64,000 bases of DNA from Oculina patagonica (taxonomy: Eukaryota): assembly GCF_052425735.1 (NCBI RefSeq), contig NC_135758.1, forward strand, positions 45,508,001 to 45,572,000. Reading direction: 5' to 3'. Below, in pieces: positions 13,319 to 25,491 of the stretch. Both the position numbers and the translations under genes were made by a program. The notes beneath the pieces were generated by a model that was not told the DNA's origin, searched no databases, and saw only the letters and a program-made list of their open reading frames with translations. Numbering within the stretch: position 1 is the first letter of the stretch; the number at the start of each line of letters is the position of its first letter.

Positions 13319-14843
13319 GTTTTCCATACACAATGCGATTTTAATTTGTTGTTTTTTTTTAATAAGAAATACATGAGCTACGTGTCAGAATGACAATACT
13401 TTGCAGATGACACATTCGCAGGCTCCACAGGACCGTAGTTGTGTTTTAACTGGTTTCTACCAATGCAACTGAAAACCACTTGACTGTTTATCACGATGTG
13501 TAAAAATAACACTGAAAATGGTGCAATCAACTTCGTCTTTTTCGATGATTGTTGTTAGCAACAAGTAAGTAACGTGGGAGCCTGCGTCACTGAGAAATTT
13601 AATTAAACAGACGAAAAATACTATTATCTACTGGGAAAAACACGAGGCATTTATCAGAGGGGCACTGAAAACAAGTGGAAAAGATGAACGCAGTTTAACA
13701 GGGACATGTCCCGAATATTTTGATCAATTGGATCATATATGCATCCCATTTGTGCTGTTTCATTCTATTTTTATTTGATTCAAAAATAAACGCGCAATCC
13801 CAAAAAAAGAGTATGGAAGAAAAACAGTATAAATATCTAATTAATTTCTATAGAATTGACATCTTAAATAAATAATGACTTCTGTTTAATTTTTTTATAC
13901 GTTTCACAAATAAAACAGTGTCTACTCAATAGCTCAAAATATCTCAACAGTCAATCAGTAACTTCTTTAGAATTAACTTCTTAAATAAGTAATGATTTCT
14001 TTACAAGTACAAGGCCACGGTCAGCTATAAATAAAAAGACTATAAACCCAGTCACATTCCTGTTAGTAATTTCCAATCTTTTCAACATCACATTATATAA
14101 AGCCCGAGAAGCATGCAGAGGAATACAGTGTAAAGTAGGTAGAGAAATGTTTTTTGAAAGAAAATATTAACTGTTTTTACTTTAATCTTAAAACGTTATT
14201 AAAGAGAGTTTACTTTCGGCGATTCCATGACTCAATTCTTGGACGTTATTTTACTGTCGGTTTTATATTCTTACTGAGTTGGGAAAATCGCTTTGAGGTT
14301 TAAATGTTTCATCAAAGTGACTAGAAAGAGACTTCGAATGCGCGTATAAATAATCTAATGTCAACGGACAGAAGCATCTTACATACGGATGAGAAAAGTA
14401 AAAGTTGTATTGATTTAAAAAAGTGGTTTTGGGCAGCCGCATTAGTTCTGAGCTTTCGTGACGTTTGATAAACCCGGGCGTCGCCACTTGTAACGTCTTG
14501 TATGTCGAAATCGCAAAATAAACGTTTTCCATTCTTTTAACGTCCCAAGAGTAGAAATTCAGTTCATTCATGAAAATGACGAATTTATTTTAGGCAGAAC
14601 TATTACAAGACCAGGGAAAAATTTATTTGACTAATCGCGAATATTTATGGTTTCTCCTACAAAGACCTCTCTTAGCTAAGATAAAATGCAAAAGGTATAT
14701 AAAATTGTTTCCATTAGGCCACAAAAGAGTAAATTTTCAGATTTGATTATTAACTTAAAAAAGAAACGGAACCATGATGCATCTAGAAATTAAAATTTCT
14801 TTGCTTATAATTTTTTTGCTTTTTTTCTCTCTCTCCAGTTGCA

Positions 14844-16453
14844 ATGACTCCAAAACTGTTGCTAGCAGTTTCGGTGTTTGTGGTGTTTTTCTGTTGTGGT
14901 GCAGCCGCTGACCAATGCCCCGCACAACAAAAAATCCATGGAAAAGCTTTGAAAGGTTACACATTCAAGACTTTGGTGTCGCCAACTGCTTTTGGATGTT
15001 TAGTAGATTGTCATTATGAAGACAGATGCCAGAGCTACAATTATGTTATGAAGACAAATATCTGCGAGATGAACAACAGAACCAAGGAGGCTAAACCAGA
15101 ACAATTTGTGTCAGATCCAGATCGGTTCTACGTAAAGCGAGAAGCACACAGAAGTAAAGTTATTGTGATTATAAATGTGAATTACTTGTGACTACTTTAA
15201 TCAAAGGTGTTGGTTAATATTGTTGAGTTGACACTCTCTTTCCACTCATCAGAGCAACTAGGTTCCATTCCCGCTCTTCCAGCTCAATCATGCAAGGAGA
15301 TCAAAGCAAATGAAGACGGACAAGCAGTCAGCAGTAATTCGTGGTTGGATCCTAGCGGTTCTGGAGAGGTTATCTTGGCTTACTGTGACATGAACACAGA
15401 AGGTGCGGTTTGGGAATGTTTCATTTGAGTGCCATTTTAACTGTGAAACAGTGCTTCACTCATGTGTTACGACTTTTTAGTGGCAGATTTCTGCATTGGG
15501 CATCACTGCCAGAATGGTGCTTCGTGTGTGAATGGTCACGTGAACTACACGTGTCTGTGTAATGCAGGGTGGACTGGTACCCACTGCGACTCATCTATGA
15601 CAGGCAAGCAAACTTTTTTGCCATTCAAACAAATCAAAACAAAACTTAACACACTTGCAAAACTTACATATTTCTTTCAGGGATGCTCGTTGTCTCGCTT
15701 GGAGTGTAAATTTCGGATCTTGGTCTCAATTAGGGTGTTCCACCGTCAAGATCTTGTTTAGGGTTGCAAACGAAGATATATACAAATAAAATTTATAATT
15801 GTAGCATGTTCGTATCTTTTTAGGGGCAAAAATAGTTTATCCACGCCCAGATTGGTCTTTTTTAGGCATTCTTTTCAAAATTTTCGACGAGCATCCCCGC
15901 CCCTTTTACATGGAAATACCCATTCGGGTATATTGTACGTGTCATGTGCTTATGTTTGCGTGTTACATATAAACTAGGCTTTAAGATGAACACAGAAGTT
16001 ACACTATCAAGTTGTCATTCCTTCATTTTGCTTTCTCCGAGCTTATCTTTTGGTTAATAAACTGAAATGTTTTGTTGCAGGTTTTTGTCTCATCACTCGC
16101 TGCCAAAATGGAGGCACGTGCGTTAATGATCACATGAGCTACACATGTGTATGCAGCTCAGGGTGGACTGGTGCCCACTGTGAAATCATGTTAGCAATAG
16201 CAAGTAAGGGCCTCGTAATTTTGTTAATCATTCTCGTAAAAAAAAAGATCGTTAATATGGTGGAAACAGGAGAACACAAGTACATTGTTGTAAAGCAAAC
16301 AATTCGACGAACATATCTAAATAACGAGTAAATTAACCTTTGCCCGTTATAATGTGAAGAATTTTATGGTTCCCAGCATCACTTAAAACGTTTGCAATTT
16401 ACAAACTCTTCGATTTCATTTAACATCTCACCATTTATTTTACAGTGCCTTAA
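14844..16453 (+). CDS. Secreted PAN/apple + short fibrinogen/COLFI-like motif + 2 EGF protein (paralogue 1, lacks the CNTNAP-type domain); exons 14844-15153, 15253-15402, 15481-15603, 16081-16203, probable terminal 16446-16453
   Basis: Hydrophobic signal peptide; PAN cysteine pattern (C..C....C.SYNY....CE.N); PAQSCKEIK...WLDP...YCDM motif; two 123-nt phase-1 EGF exons (CQNG..C..YTC.C..GWTG.HC). Intron 15604-16080 is GC-AG. The terminal exon (ttacag|TGCCTTAA) is tentative. Confidence 0.75.
15680..15930. mobile_element. Degenerate MITE related to 59119-59410
   Basis: Shares gacgagcatcccc and (reverse complement) agaccaatctggg with the 59.1-kb element. Confidence 0.45.
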
Positions 16454-17447
16454 GTGGCGACACCCAAGACATGAACATTAGACGTTTTTTCTGATTTTTT
16501 TTAATCACGAAGTCACTTCATAACGAGGCCAGTACATACATATCTGTTGAATCATATTGAAGGATCCTGAGAGTGAAGCAAAGCGGTCATGGGTGACAAG
16601 AGTAAGGTGATGATGATGATGACAACCGCAGATTAAACCGTAAACAGGAAAACTGGACTTACACGAGGAATATATCTTTCAACAGCACAATTATCTCGAG
16701 CCTTCTCTTAAACCTTTTCTTTTTGTCACAACATGAGATATAGACGACTTTTAAGGACTTCTTGTGAGAAATTTTTCGGGAAGAAAGTTCTGTCTCGCTC
16801 CTTTTACTCGCCTTTCATTCAGCCTCAGTACACAGTAAACACCGTGCAACAGATTTTGCCGCGTTTTTATACCATAACTTTGTTTATATCTAACTGAAAC
16901 GTTCATATCATCCAGCCAATAAAAATAGTCAATTACTCGTTTTAGAGTTACGAAAAATGCGACCAGAGACTAATAAAATTAAATTTTAACAGTTCAAATG
17001 TCAAACGGGAGCAAAAAAAATTTTTGAGTAAACACCAAATTTAAGTGATAAAAAAAGCAAACAAAATAGAGCAGTTGGATAATAAATCTCTTAGATGTTT
17101 TGTTGTGTAATGTCGCTGAGTAACTTTACTCGTTGTCTGTGTTTTGATTTGCCCTGCGAGGTTTATTTGCACTTTATAAATTCTCACTTCAAGTTCTTTT
17201 ACCTACCGGCAACCTCGTTCCCCGGCCTAAACCGTGCATACTCGATGCATACCTACGGACACAAGTTTTAGGCGTAAGTAAGCGACTACCAAAATTTCTC
17301 GGCTCGAGAAATAAAATAAAATATAATATAATACATTTGCATTGGGTTTACCAATTTTGCTTAGGTATGGATGCTTTGCTCGCGCGCGCCGGGAACTCTG
17401 CCATTTGCTTAAATCCGGTGAACCTATTCCGTTGCTTGCCTACCACC

Positions 17448-17770
17448 GACCGGATAGCTCAGTTAGTAGAGCGCCGGACTACCGTGAGAAAGGTCTCGGG
17501 TTTGAGTCCCAGACCGGACTAACACTCAGGGTCTTAAAATAACTGAGTAAATATGCTGCCGTTGCAAATGGAAAAAGATATTCTAGTGTTCTTGGATAAG
17601 GACGATAAAGCGTAGGCCCCGTCTTCTGTATCTACACTTATCGTAAAGAGAAGGGCATGGAGTTCCCGGTGTTTTGGTCTTGTCTTTGCCTGTTGTACTG
17701 TGGGTACTGTTGAAATGCTCGGAAATATTAGCTATATTAACTTCGCTTCAAATCCGAGGGTAAATAAAAG
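17448..17770 (+). mobile_element. tRNA-derived SINE
   Basis: Pol III A box (tagctcagttagtagagc) and B box (gggtttgagtccc) followed by a non-tRNA body (ggactaacactcagggtcttaaaataactgag...); no acceptor stem. Confidence 0.8.
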
Positions 17771-17799
17771 TGATATTATACTGGTGTCTATTATATTGC

Positions 17800-18120
17800 C
17801 GGCACTGACTAGCCATCACACTACTCCCATTACATCCCTTGGTTATAGCTCATGGTCTGTCATATCATTTCTATGCTGACGACTCCCAGCTATACTGTTC
17901 TTTCAAGCTTCGAGATCACGCAACCTCAGTTGAAGCAATCGAATCCTGTTTAAATGACATTAATGCATGGATGCTCTTGCAAACATGCTAAAGCTGAATA
18001 GGGAGAAACAGAGCTTCTAGTAATAGGACCAAAAAACAAAATTTTACCACCTATTGAGGGTATTCATGTGGCCGGCGAATACATTGAAGTCTCTAGTAAC
18101 GCCAGAAATATGGGAGTAAC
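17800..18120 (+). mobile_element. LINE (L2/CR1-like) reverse transcriptase fragment, frameshifted
   Basis: YADDSQLY at 17872-17895, followed by IESCLNDINAWM..NMLKLN..K.TELLVIG with frameshifts. Confidence 0.8.
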
Positions 18121-19289
18121 TTGGGTTTTGGGACACACTTCATACGAACTTACTACGTTTCACTAAGGCCGGGACTTTTAGTAGCGTATTAGTATCCGCA
18201 TAGTAATTAACATATGTCTCTCTGCATTAAACTGTAGGCTGCTTAACTGAAAGCAGAAAATAACCAGAATATTACGTAATAATTTTTTTCACGAACCAAA
18301 ATACTGAAGTGGTTTTGATTGCATGTGTAGCAAACAGGAGAAAACAATGGCAATCATTAGGAGGCTGAGAATGGGTCATCTGCAAAGAAGATGTATTATA
18401 ATTTCACATTGTATCTCGCGTATTTTGAGAAATACAAATTAGAATTGTGTTGAATGTTTAACAAGGGCTGGTGGGGTATTTTAACAACCTAAAAATTAGA
18501 GCTCCCTTTCATGTTTTCAATTTTCCAGCAAGTGGTAGATATATGGCACGTAGTGTCAGGCTTCATGGCAGCAGTAAGAAAACCACTATTTCTCCGGAGA
18601 GTTGGATGTAATTTTTAGGGGAGAAACGTTTAACCTTTTTAGCAAAAAGAAGTAGTTACACTGTAAAGATCTGTGAAGACTGACTCATTTCAAACGTTTT
18701 CGAGGTTGTCTAGAATGGAATAGTTTGAATACAAGTGGTTTTACCAAAGTTATTTGAGTTTTAGCTAGAACATACTGTATATTCTTTTCTCCATTTAATG
18801 ATGTAGGCAGAATGAGCCAACATCTTAAAATACATTTTGATTAGCCTTGCTTCAGTTTGATCAACAGCAAGACGCATGAGATCCCAGTGTGAGTGAAATA
18901 AAATATTTTTCTTTGCAAAACAATGGAGTACTCGTTCTGGATGCTCAAATAACAATAATAATAATAATAATAATTATAATAATTTTATTAAGCTCGTATA
19001 AATGTGTACAGTTGGTTTTCGTAGTCTTAATTAGATGGAGAGAAGGTACTACAGGTATTTGTAGTTAAGTAAGTATTGAGCTGGGGAGCTAAATGAGAAA
19101 AAAGAAATGCAAACTGAAACACGACCATGAGTAAAGCAGGAATCTCCTTTGTACAAAGGAACAGATGTGTCAGTGAAAACTGTTTAGTTTGACTTCTTGT
19201 CCCAAATTTTGTTTGAACAGGTACTTATGTTGATCACTATTACTGCTGTTTATATTTATTTTTTTTCCGTGAAACCCAGAAAACAGTGT

Positions 19290-20100
19290 ATGGTCTTCAA
19301 TGGAGTAACCAAAACATATAAATTATTAGTTCTTTGAGAAAATATGGGACATTGTCCCATTTTCTATTCTTAAATAAGTAATGATTTCTTTAAAAGTGAC
19401 TCGAGTAATCAGTTTGACATAAACATGCCAGCTCTTAACTAAATAAAAAAAACCCTGTCCTATTATTGTTATTATCAGTTAACGTTAATCCAAATACTCA
19501 TTTTCGTTGACTTCTCGTAATAAATAAGTAATGGTTTTTTTCAGGTGACTCGAGTTAAAATCTTAACAAATTTATGTCAGTTGTTAACTAAATTCAAGAA
19601 ACAGTATGATGTAAATAGAGCAACCAAATATATCAATTATTAATTATTTTTTTAGAATTCTCCTTTAAGATAAGAATTGATTTTACTTCATTTTTTTGCT
19701 TGAGAAAAAGATGTCAGTTGTTTACTAAGCATAGAAATACAGCATACCTATTAACTTCTTGTAATTTTCTTTTAAAAAAAGTAATACTTTTTCAGGTGAC
19801 TCGAGCAATCGGCACGAGAAAAAGATTAATGTGTTTTCTAAATAGAGTAACCAAGATACATCAATTGTAAATTAATTCCTTTAGAATTCTACTCTTAAAT
19901 AAGTAATGATTTTTCTACATCTCTCGAGGTATCAGCTTGACAAAAAGATGTCAGTTGTTAACTGAACACAGAAATAAAGAACCCATGTCATATTTTTGTT
20001 ATTTCCAATTACTTCCATTATTTTCCTTAGAATTCTCTTCAGTAAATGATTTGTACAAAAGGTGACTCTAGTAAACAGCTTTACCAAAAGTTGTCAACTC
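19290..20100. repeat. Degenerate AT-rich tandem repeat array
   Basis: Recurring ttaaataagtaatgattt / ggtgactcgag / atgtcagttgttaact / agagtaaccaa blocks; related motifs at 13850-14070. Confidence 0.7.
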
Positions 20101-20359
20101 GTTGAATACGGAACTCCCGTAATACTCTGGTTGTTCTGTTATAGAAATCCGAGATCGGCAGACAAACCCTACTTTAAAAAGGTGAGAAAATAACAGTTTG
20201 TAAGAAATATTTGACCATTTCTTTTTTGTTTGCTTGTTTTACTTTTACAGTAACTTTTAAATGCATTTTACAATTGCGAAGATAATTTTCAGCCTCTAGA
20301 TCGTCGTAAATCGTTGCCTAAGCAGGTAAAATTTTTTGATCCAATAAAATAAGATTTAT

Positions 20360-20801
20360 GTTCAAGTTTATGGGAACAATAAACTGATGTTAATGAGACC
20401 TGAGAGAAACCACTCAAGACAGCTAGGCACATTTGGTTTAGTAACACTTTATTCATAAACTACTTGTATGTTAAACGATAAACACTCCTATGTTATCCGA
20501 TATGTAATCCCATAGCTCTAATGTCTCGCATACCTAGGAATCTCATGATGCTCCGATCTCTCTAGTATCACTCGATCCCAAAGTCCAAGCACGGGCGACA
20601 ACAACGAGCTCCTATGTTTAACAATGCATCCTTTAATATTTTAGCTGATCCAATGTAGATTTATATCTGTAAATGCAGGCCTTACAATGGTTCCAATCAG
20701 CTCTCTCACGTGCCCTCTGCATGCCCCTTACCTCTAGTTCGAACACACACGCCTCTTGCAATCATTGTTTGCTTCGTGCAGATCCTCACAAGTTCCTTTT
20801 T
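20360..20801 (+). repeat. Split direct repeat A1
   Basis: Matches 24837-25278; no mismatch seen by eye. Confidence 0.95.
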
Positions 20802-20865
20802 TCAGTTCGCGCCGAAGCTCTTATTGGAAAATAACCTAAGCTCAACTCTCCGTATTTTTATCATC

Positions 20866-22149
20866 ATGCCAAACCGAGGAAGACCCACCACTCGGAAATC
20901 AGCCAGGACCCGCCAAGGTCCCGCAGCAACCCCACAAACGCCTGCACAGACTAACTTTCGGTCGATGGCCACCGAGGCCCTTCGCCTCCTGCTGGCACAA
21001 TACAATCTTACTCAGACGGGCACACGCCAACAGCTTATAGCTCGTCTCGAAGCGAACCAAGAAGTTCCCAACCCGCAAAGCGGCTCAGACGTTCCTGTAA
21101 TTCGTACGGTGCAAGACAGCACCCTGGCCCCACAAGCCGAACTGGCGCAGTTAATCGCGTCCATCATCGACGAAAAACTGGCTTCCCGACAAGATGGCGG
21201 TCATCTACAAATTCCACGCGCGACGACACGCGCGACGCCCCGCGAAGGCCATGCTGTGGAACCCAGTCTCACGCCGTTTCAAGATGGCCGCCAACAACTT
21301 CAAGATGGCCGTCAACAACAACAAAGCCTCCCCACGCCTCAATCGGCCTTCCCTGCTCTCCCACAACCTGGTGCATTATTCAACCCATCCGATCCAGTCA
21401 CCGTCGCTGCCCTCCTTCCGGATTTTCGCCAACCGTCCATCGCAAGCCACCTGACGAAGACCACGACGACAGCCATCACGAACGGTGAGTACGTGGACTT
21501 TGCTACTCTCCTCCCCATATCGTCTCTCCTAGAGGACGCCCTGAGCTCCCAGCTCAACCTCAAGGTCGGGGAACAAGGTCTCACCATTCCCCTTCCCTCG
21601 GCATCCAAACGCCCCAAAATCACCACCATTGATAAATGGCTCGATGCTTTTGCCATTTTTTCATCAGTACTGGTCGCCTCTTACCCCTCGCGCGCCACCG
21701 CGTTAATTGCTTACCAGCAGCTAATTCGGGACGCGGCGAGGAAATTCCCCGGGATGTCCTGGTACGTCTACGACGTCGAATTTCGGCGCCGTGCCTCCCA
21801 CAACCTCTCCCTCAACTGGGGGGAACGTGACGTCCAGCTATACCTGGATACATTCACGGGTCTTCAAACATCGGGCTGCAGATCCTGCAGCAGTTCCGAT
21901 CACCATGCTGACTCTTGCCCTCTGTCTACCCCCAGGACAAGGAATGCCCCCACCCAGTCTGACCTGTGCTTCAACTTTAACAATGGCCGACCCTGTGCCC
22001 GCACCCCATGCCCTTTCAAGCATCGATGCAACCACCCTGGATGCTATGCCACTCACTCAGGCCAGGAACACTCAAAACTCTCCCGCTACAGAGAAGACCG
22101 CCCTAAGTCATCTTCAAGCTCTAGCAGTTCCTCCCGGAGCCACCCCTGA
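20866..22149 (+). CDS. Retrotransposon Gag-like ORF1 (N-terminal SAP-like motif, C-terminal Cys/His fingers)
   Basis: First ATG after A1; YVDFATLLP / W..AF.IF / W..YD..FRR motifs typical of DIRS/Ngaro Gag; C..C.S.DH...C and CFNFN...C....C.F.H.C clusters. Confidence 0.9.
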   Translation: MPNRGRPTTRKSARTRQGPAATPQTPAQTNFRSMATEALRLLLAQYNLTQTGTRQQLIARLEANQEVPNPQSGSDVPVIRTVQDSTLAPQAELAQLIASIIDEKLASRQDGGHLQIPRATTRATPREGHAVEPSLTPFQDGRQQLQDGRQQQQSLPTPQSAFPALPQPGALFNPSDPVTVAALLPDFRQPSIASHLTKTTTTAITNGEYVDFATLLPISSLLEDALSSQLNLKVGEQGLTIPLPSASKRPKITTIDKWLDAFAIFSSVLVASYPSRATALIAYQQLIRDAARKFPGMSWYVYDVEFRRRASHNLSLNWGERDVQLYLDTFTGLQTSGCRSCSSSDHHADSCPLSTPRTRNAPTQSDLCFNFNNGRPCARTPCPFKHRCNHPGCYATHSGQEHSKLSRYREDRPKSSSSSSSSSRSHP

Positions 22150-23760
22150 GTACCTCTCCCAGCTCTCTCCCCCGACCCCTATTAACATCACCAAGCTGGC
22201 ATCCTATTTCCATGATCACCCCAACCAGTCATTTGTCCAATACCTTCTATCCGGTTTTTCCCATGGCTTCAAAATTGGTTACTCGGGTCCCCGGGCTCCA
22301 CAAGAATTTCCCAGTTTACCCTCCGCTAAAGAAAACCCTTCAATCATTGACAAAAACATGTTGAAAGAAGTGTCATTAGGTCACACTGCAGGCCCTTTCC
22401 TTTCTCCCCCTTTTCCAAACTTTCAAGTTTACCCCATTGGGGCTATCCCTAAGAAACACTCCTCTGACTGGCGGACAATCTTCCACCTCTCCTACCCGAA
22501 ACACCGCCCCACTAGTGTCAATGCCCACATCCCACCGGAGGATTATTCCCTCCATTACATTAAAGTAGATAATGCAATTACCATTCTCCAGGATCTCGGT
22601 CAGAACTGCTTCATGTCCAAACTAGACATCAAAGCAGCCTTTCGGAATATCCCTGTCCACCCTACAGACTGGGAACTCCTGGGAATGAAATGGCAAGGCC
22701 TCTATTTTTTCGATATGGTTCTCCCCTTTGGCTTGCGCAGTGCCCCTTTCCTTTTTGACCAGTTCTCTTCTGCCCTTGAATGGATCATTCAACATAAGCT
22801 TAATGTTCCCCAGGTCATCCACATTCTGGATGATTTTTTCATTGCGTTACCCTCACCCCGGTCACACTGCGCAACAGCCCTTTGCAAAGTTCTTCACCTG
22901 TTCACTGAGCTTGACATTCCTATCGCCCCAGGGAAAACCTTTTCTCCCTCCACCTCCCTGGAATTTATGGGAATCTTTTTAGACTCCCATACCATGGAAG
23001 CCCGCCTTCCTCAGGACAAACTCACCCGAACCAAACATGCCCTTCTCCAATGGTCCCTGAAAAAATCAGCCACCCTCCGGGATCTTCAATCCCTTATAGG
23101 CACCCTCCAGTTTGCATGCAGGGTCATTGCTCCCGGTCGCCCCTTCCTTCAGCGTATCATTCATCTAACCAAAGGCCTCAAGCTCCCCCACTGGCACATT
23201 AAACTCAATGCCGGCTTTCGTAAGGACATTAAGATGTGGATAGAATTCCTCGAACACTGGAACGGGGTAAGCATTTTTCTCGACTCCGACATCTCTTCCC
23301 CCCGGAACTCCAACTTTTCACCGATGCTTCCGGGACCTTAAGTTATGGAGGTTTCCTAAATGGGCTTTGGTTCCAAGGCCGCTGGCGGCCCGAACACACC
23401 TTAAGCAAACAACGGGGCATCAGTATTGAATGGCAGGAGCTTTTCCCCATCTACCTGGCTTGTGTGTTATGGGCCCCTACCTGGACCGGGAAACGTATCC
23501 GCATGTGGTGCGACAATCAATCTGTTGTAGCCATTATAAACTCCAAATATTCCAAGTCTCCCCGGGTGATGGACCTGGTTCACGCTATCACTCTCCTGAC
23601 CTTGGCCCACAACTTCACATTTAGTGCTACCCACATCCCTGGGTTGGACAATGCTATTGCTGACTCCCTTTCCCGTTTTCAGATGGTCCGGTTCCACACC
23701 CTGGCTCCCACAGCCTCTCCCACTCCCTGCTGCATCCCTCCATCAGCGATGCTCATCTGA
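21791..23760 (+). pseudogene. Reverse transcriptase/RNase H (pol), broken by a 1-nt frameshift at the C6 run 23298-23303
   Basis: KLDIKAAFR, LPFGLRSAP and HILDDF RT motifs (ORF 21791-23341); RNase H motifs FTDAS, ELFPI, CDN, HIPG.DN.IADSLSR continue in a different frame (ORF 23236-23760). Confidence 0.88.
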
Positions 23761-24265
23761 CAGCCTCAGTACAGCAATACTTCCAGGCTTCCCTCGCCCC
23801 ATCCACAAGGCGAACCTATCAAGCCATTCCCCCACCCATATGCTGGTTAGGATAAAACAATCCAAAACCGACCCCTTCCGCCAGGGATGCACTCTCACAG
23901 TAGCTAAGTCCACTTCTCCCATCTGTTCTGTGATGGCTCTGAAAGACTACATCCTCCAAGCTCAGCCTCCAACAAGCCAGCCTTTGTTTACCTTCTCTTT
24001 ATCTGGCTCATCGCTAACTCGCACAAGCCTTACGAGGGAGCTCCGGACAATTCTACATCATTGTGGCTTTCGATCCAACAATTACTATTCCCACAGCTTC
24101 CGAATCGGAGCCGCTACTTCCGCAGCCTCAGCAGGCATCCCGTCATGGCTAATTAAAGTCCTGGGAAGGTGGAGCTCAGACTGCTACGAACGCTACATTA
24201 AGACTCCAAAATCTTCTATTTTAGCTGTACCAAAACTGTTAGTAAGCACTTGTAGCTCTCACTAA
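23757..24265 (+). pseudogene. Tyrosine recombinase, internally deleted
   Basis: N-terminal LTASVQQYFQASLAPSTRRTYQA jumps out of frame at ~23826 directly into IKQSKTDPFRQG...HSFRIGAAT...LGRWSSDCYERY; the core-binding domain and box I Arg region are absent. Confidence 0.88.
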
Positions 24266-24438
24266 TCCTTCAATTATGAGTATAGCTTCGCGAACAGTCC
24301 TATGTAAGACCAAAAAAAAAAAAAAAAAAAAATTTTTTTGAAAGGAGCAGGAGGCTCAACTCTCACCTGAGCATTGGGTCTCCACTCCCTATTACTGTGG
24401 GGGAACTGTGTCCCCTTGCTCGGCAGGCTCCACAGTTT

Positions 24439-24836
24439 GTGGCAGGGAAGTGCACCCTTTGGCTGCACTTTACCCCACAGTAAGCCTCTAGCCCACTGGA
24501 GACAGGTCTGGAGAAATATCCATTCCAGGGTGGCTACCCCCGGTACCACCTGATCTGTACTCCCCCCAGGGGGGCTCCCCCTCCTGGTTCCCACAATCCC
24601 TCGGGACTGTGGGATATGGGCCTCACCCCTGGAGGCAGGTCCGGAACATTTAACCCAGGGTGGCTACCCCCGGTACCACCTGATCTGTCCTCCCCCCAGG
24701 AGGGCTCCCCTCCTGGGCCCCTAGACCCAAGTCACGCTTCCCTGCCACCCTTATTTTACCCACAACCAGTGTGTCATTGTCACTTGTGTATTGCTTTAGC
24801 AACAACTCAACCAGCCCTCGAAAAGAGGATCATTAA
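24439..24836 (+). repeat. Split direct repeat B1
   Basis: Matches 25492-25889 with two substitutions seen. Confidence 0.95.
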
Positions 24837-25278
24837 GTTCAAGTTTATGGGAACAATAAACTGATGTTAATGAGACCTGAGAGAAACCACTCAAGACAGC
24901 TAGGCACATTTGGTTTAGTAACACTTTATTCATAAACTACTTGTATGTTAAACGATAAACACTCCTATGTTATCCGATATGTAATCCCATAGCTCTAATG
25001 TCTCGCATACCTAGGAATCTCATGATGCTCCGATCTCTCTAGTATCACTCGATCCCAAAGTCCAAGCACGGGCGACAACAACGAGCTCCTATGTTTAACA
25101 ATGCATCCTTTAATATTTTAGCTGATCCAATGTAGATTTATATCTGTAAATGCAGGCCTTACAATGGTTCCAATCAGCTCTCTCACGTGCCCTCTGCATG
25201 CCCCTTACCTCTAGTTCGAACACACACGCCTCTTGCAATCATTGTTTGCTTCGTGCAGATCCTCACAAGTTCCTTTTT
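24837..25278 (+). repeat. Split direct repeat A2
   Basis: Copy of A1, directly abutting B1. Confidence 0.95.
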
Positions 25279-25491
25279 CCCACCCTCCCTCCCATGATTG
25301 GAACCCTTGTGTTTCGCCATTTTACCCACATATTCAGTTCTTTACGGTATACTTGGCGTTTGCTTTTATATACAGTGGTTGCTTAAGCCTACCATTCCTG
25401 TATTAATGAAAACTAGTGATTTACGTTGTTACTCAGACTTTTGTCCTATTTTCTTTACCTTAATCGTATTGGCGTTTGAGATTAAAGGTCG

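Noticed and set aside
12885-13376. ORFs spanning the N gap
   Set aside because: Open only because of the Ns.
17448-17522. tRNA gene
   Set aside because: A and B boxes present but no acceptor stem or terminator; continues into a SINE body.
20382-20412. Hammerhead ribozyme in repeat A (ctgatg...gaaac)
   Set aside because: Lacks the CUGANGA core and a stem II.
22820-22840. RT active site ILDD as an inactivating change
   Set aside because: Both catalytic Asp residues are intact; the first position varies in this group, so inactivity cannot be claimed.
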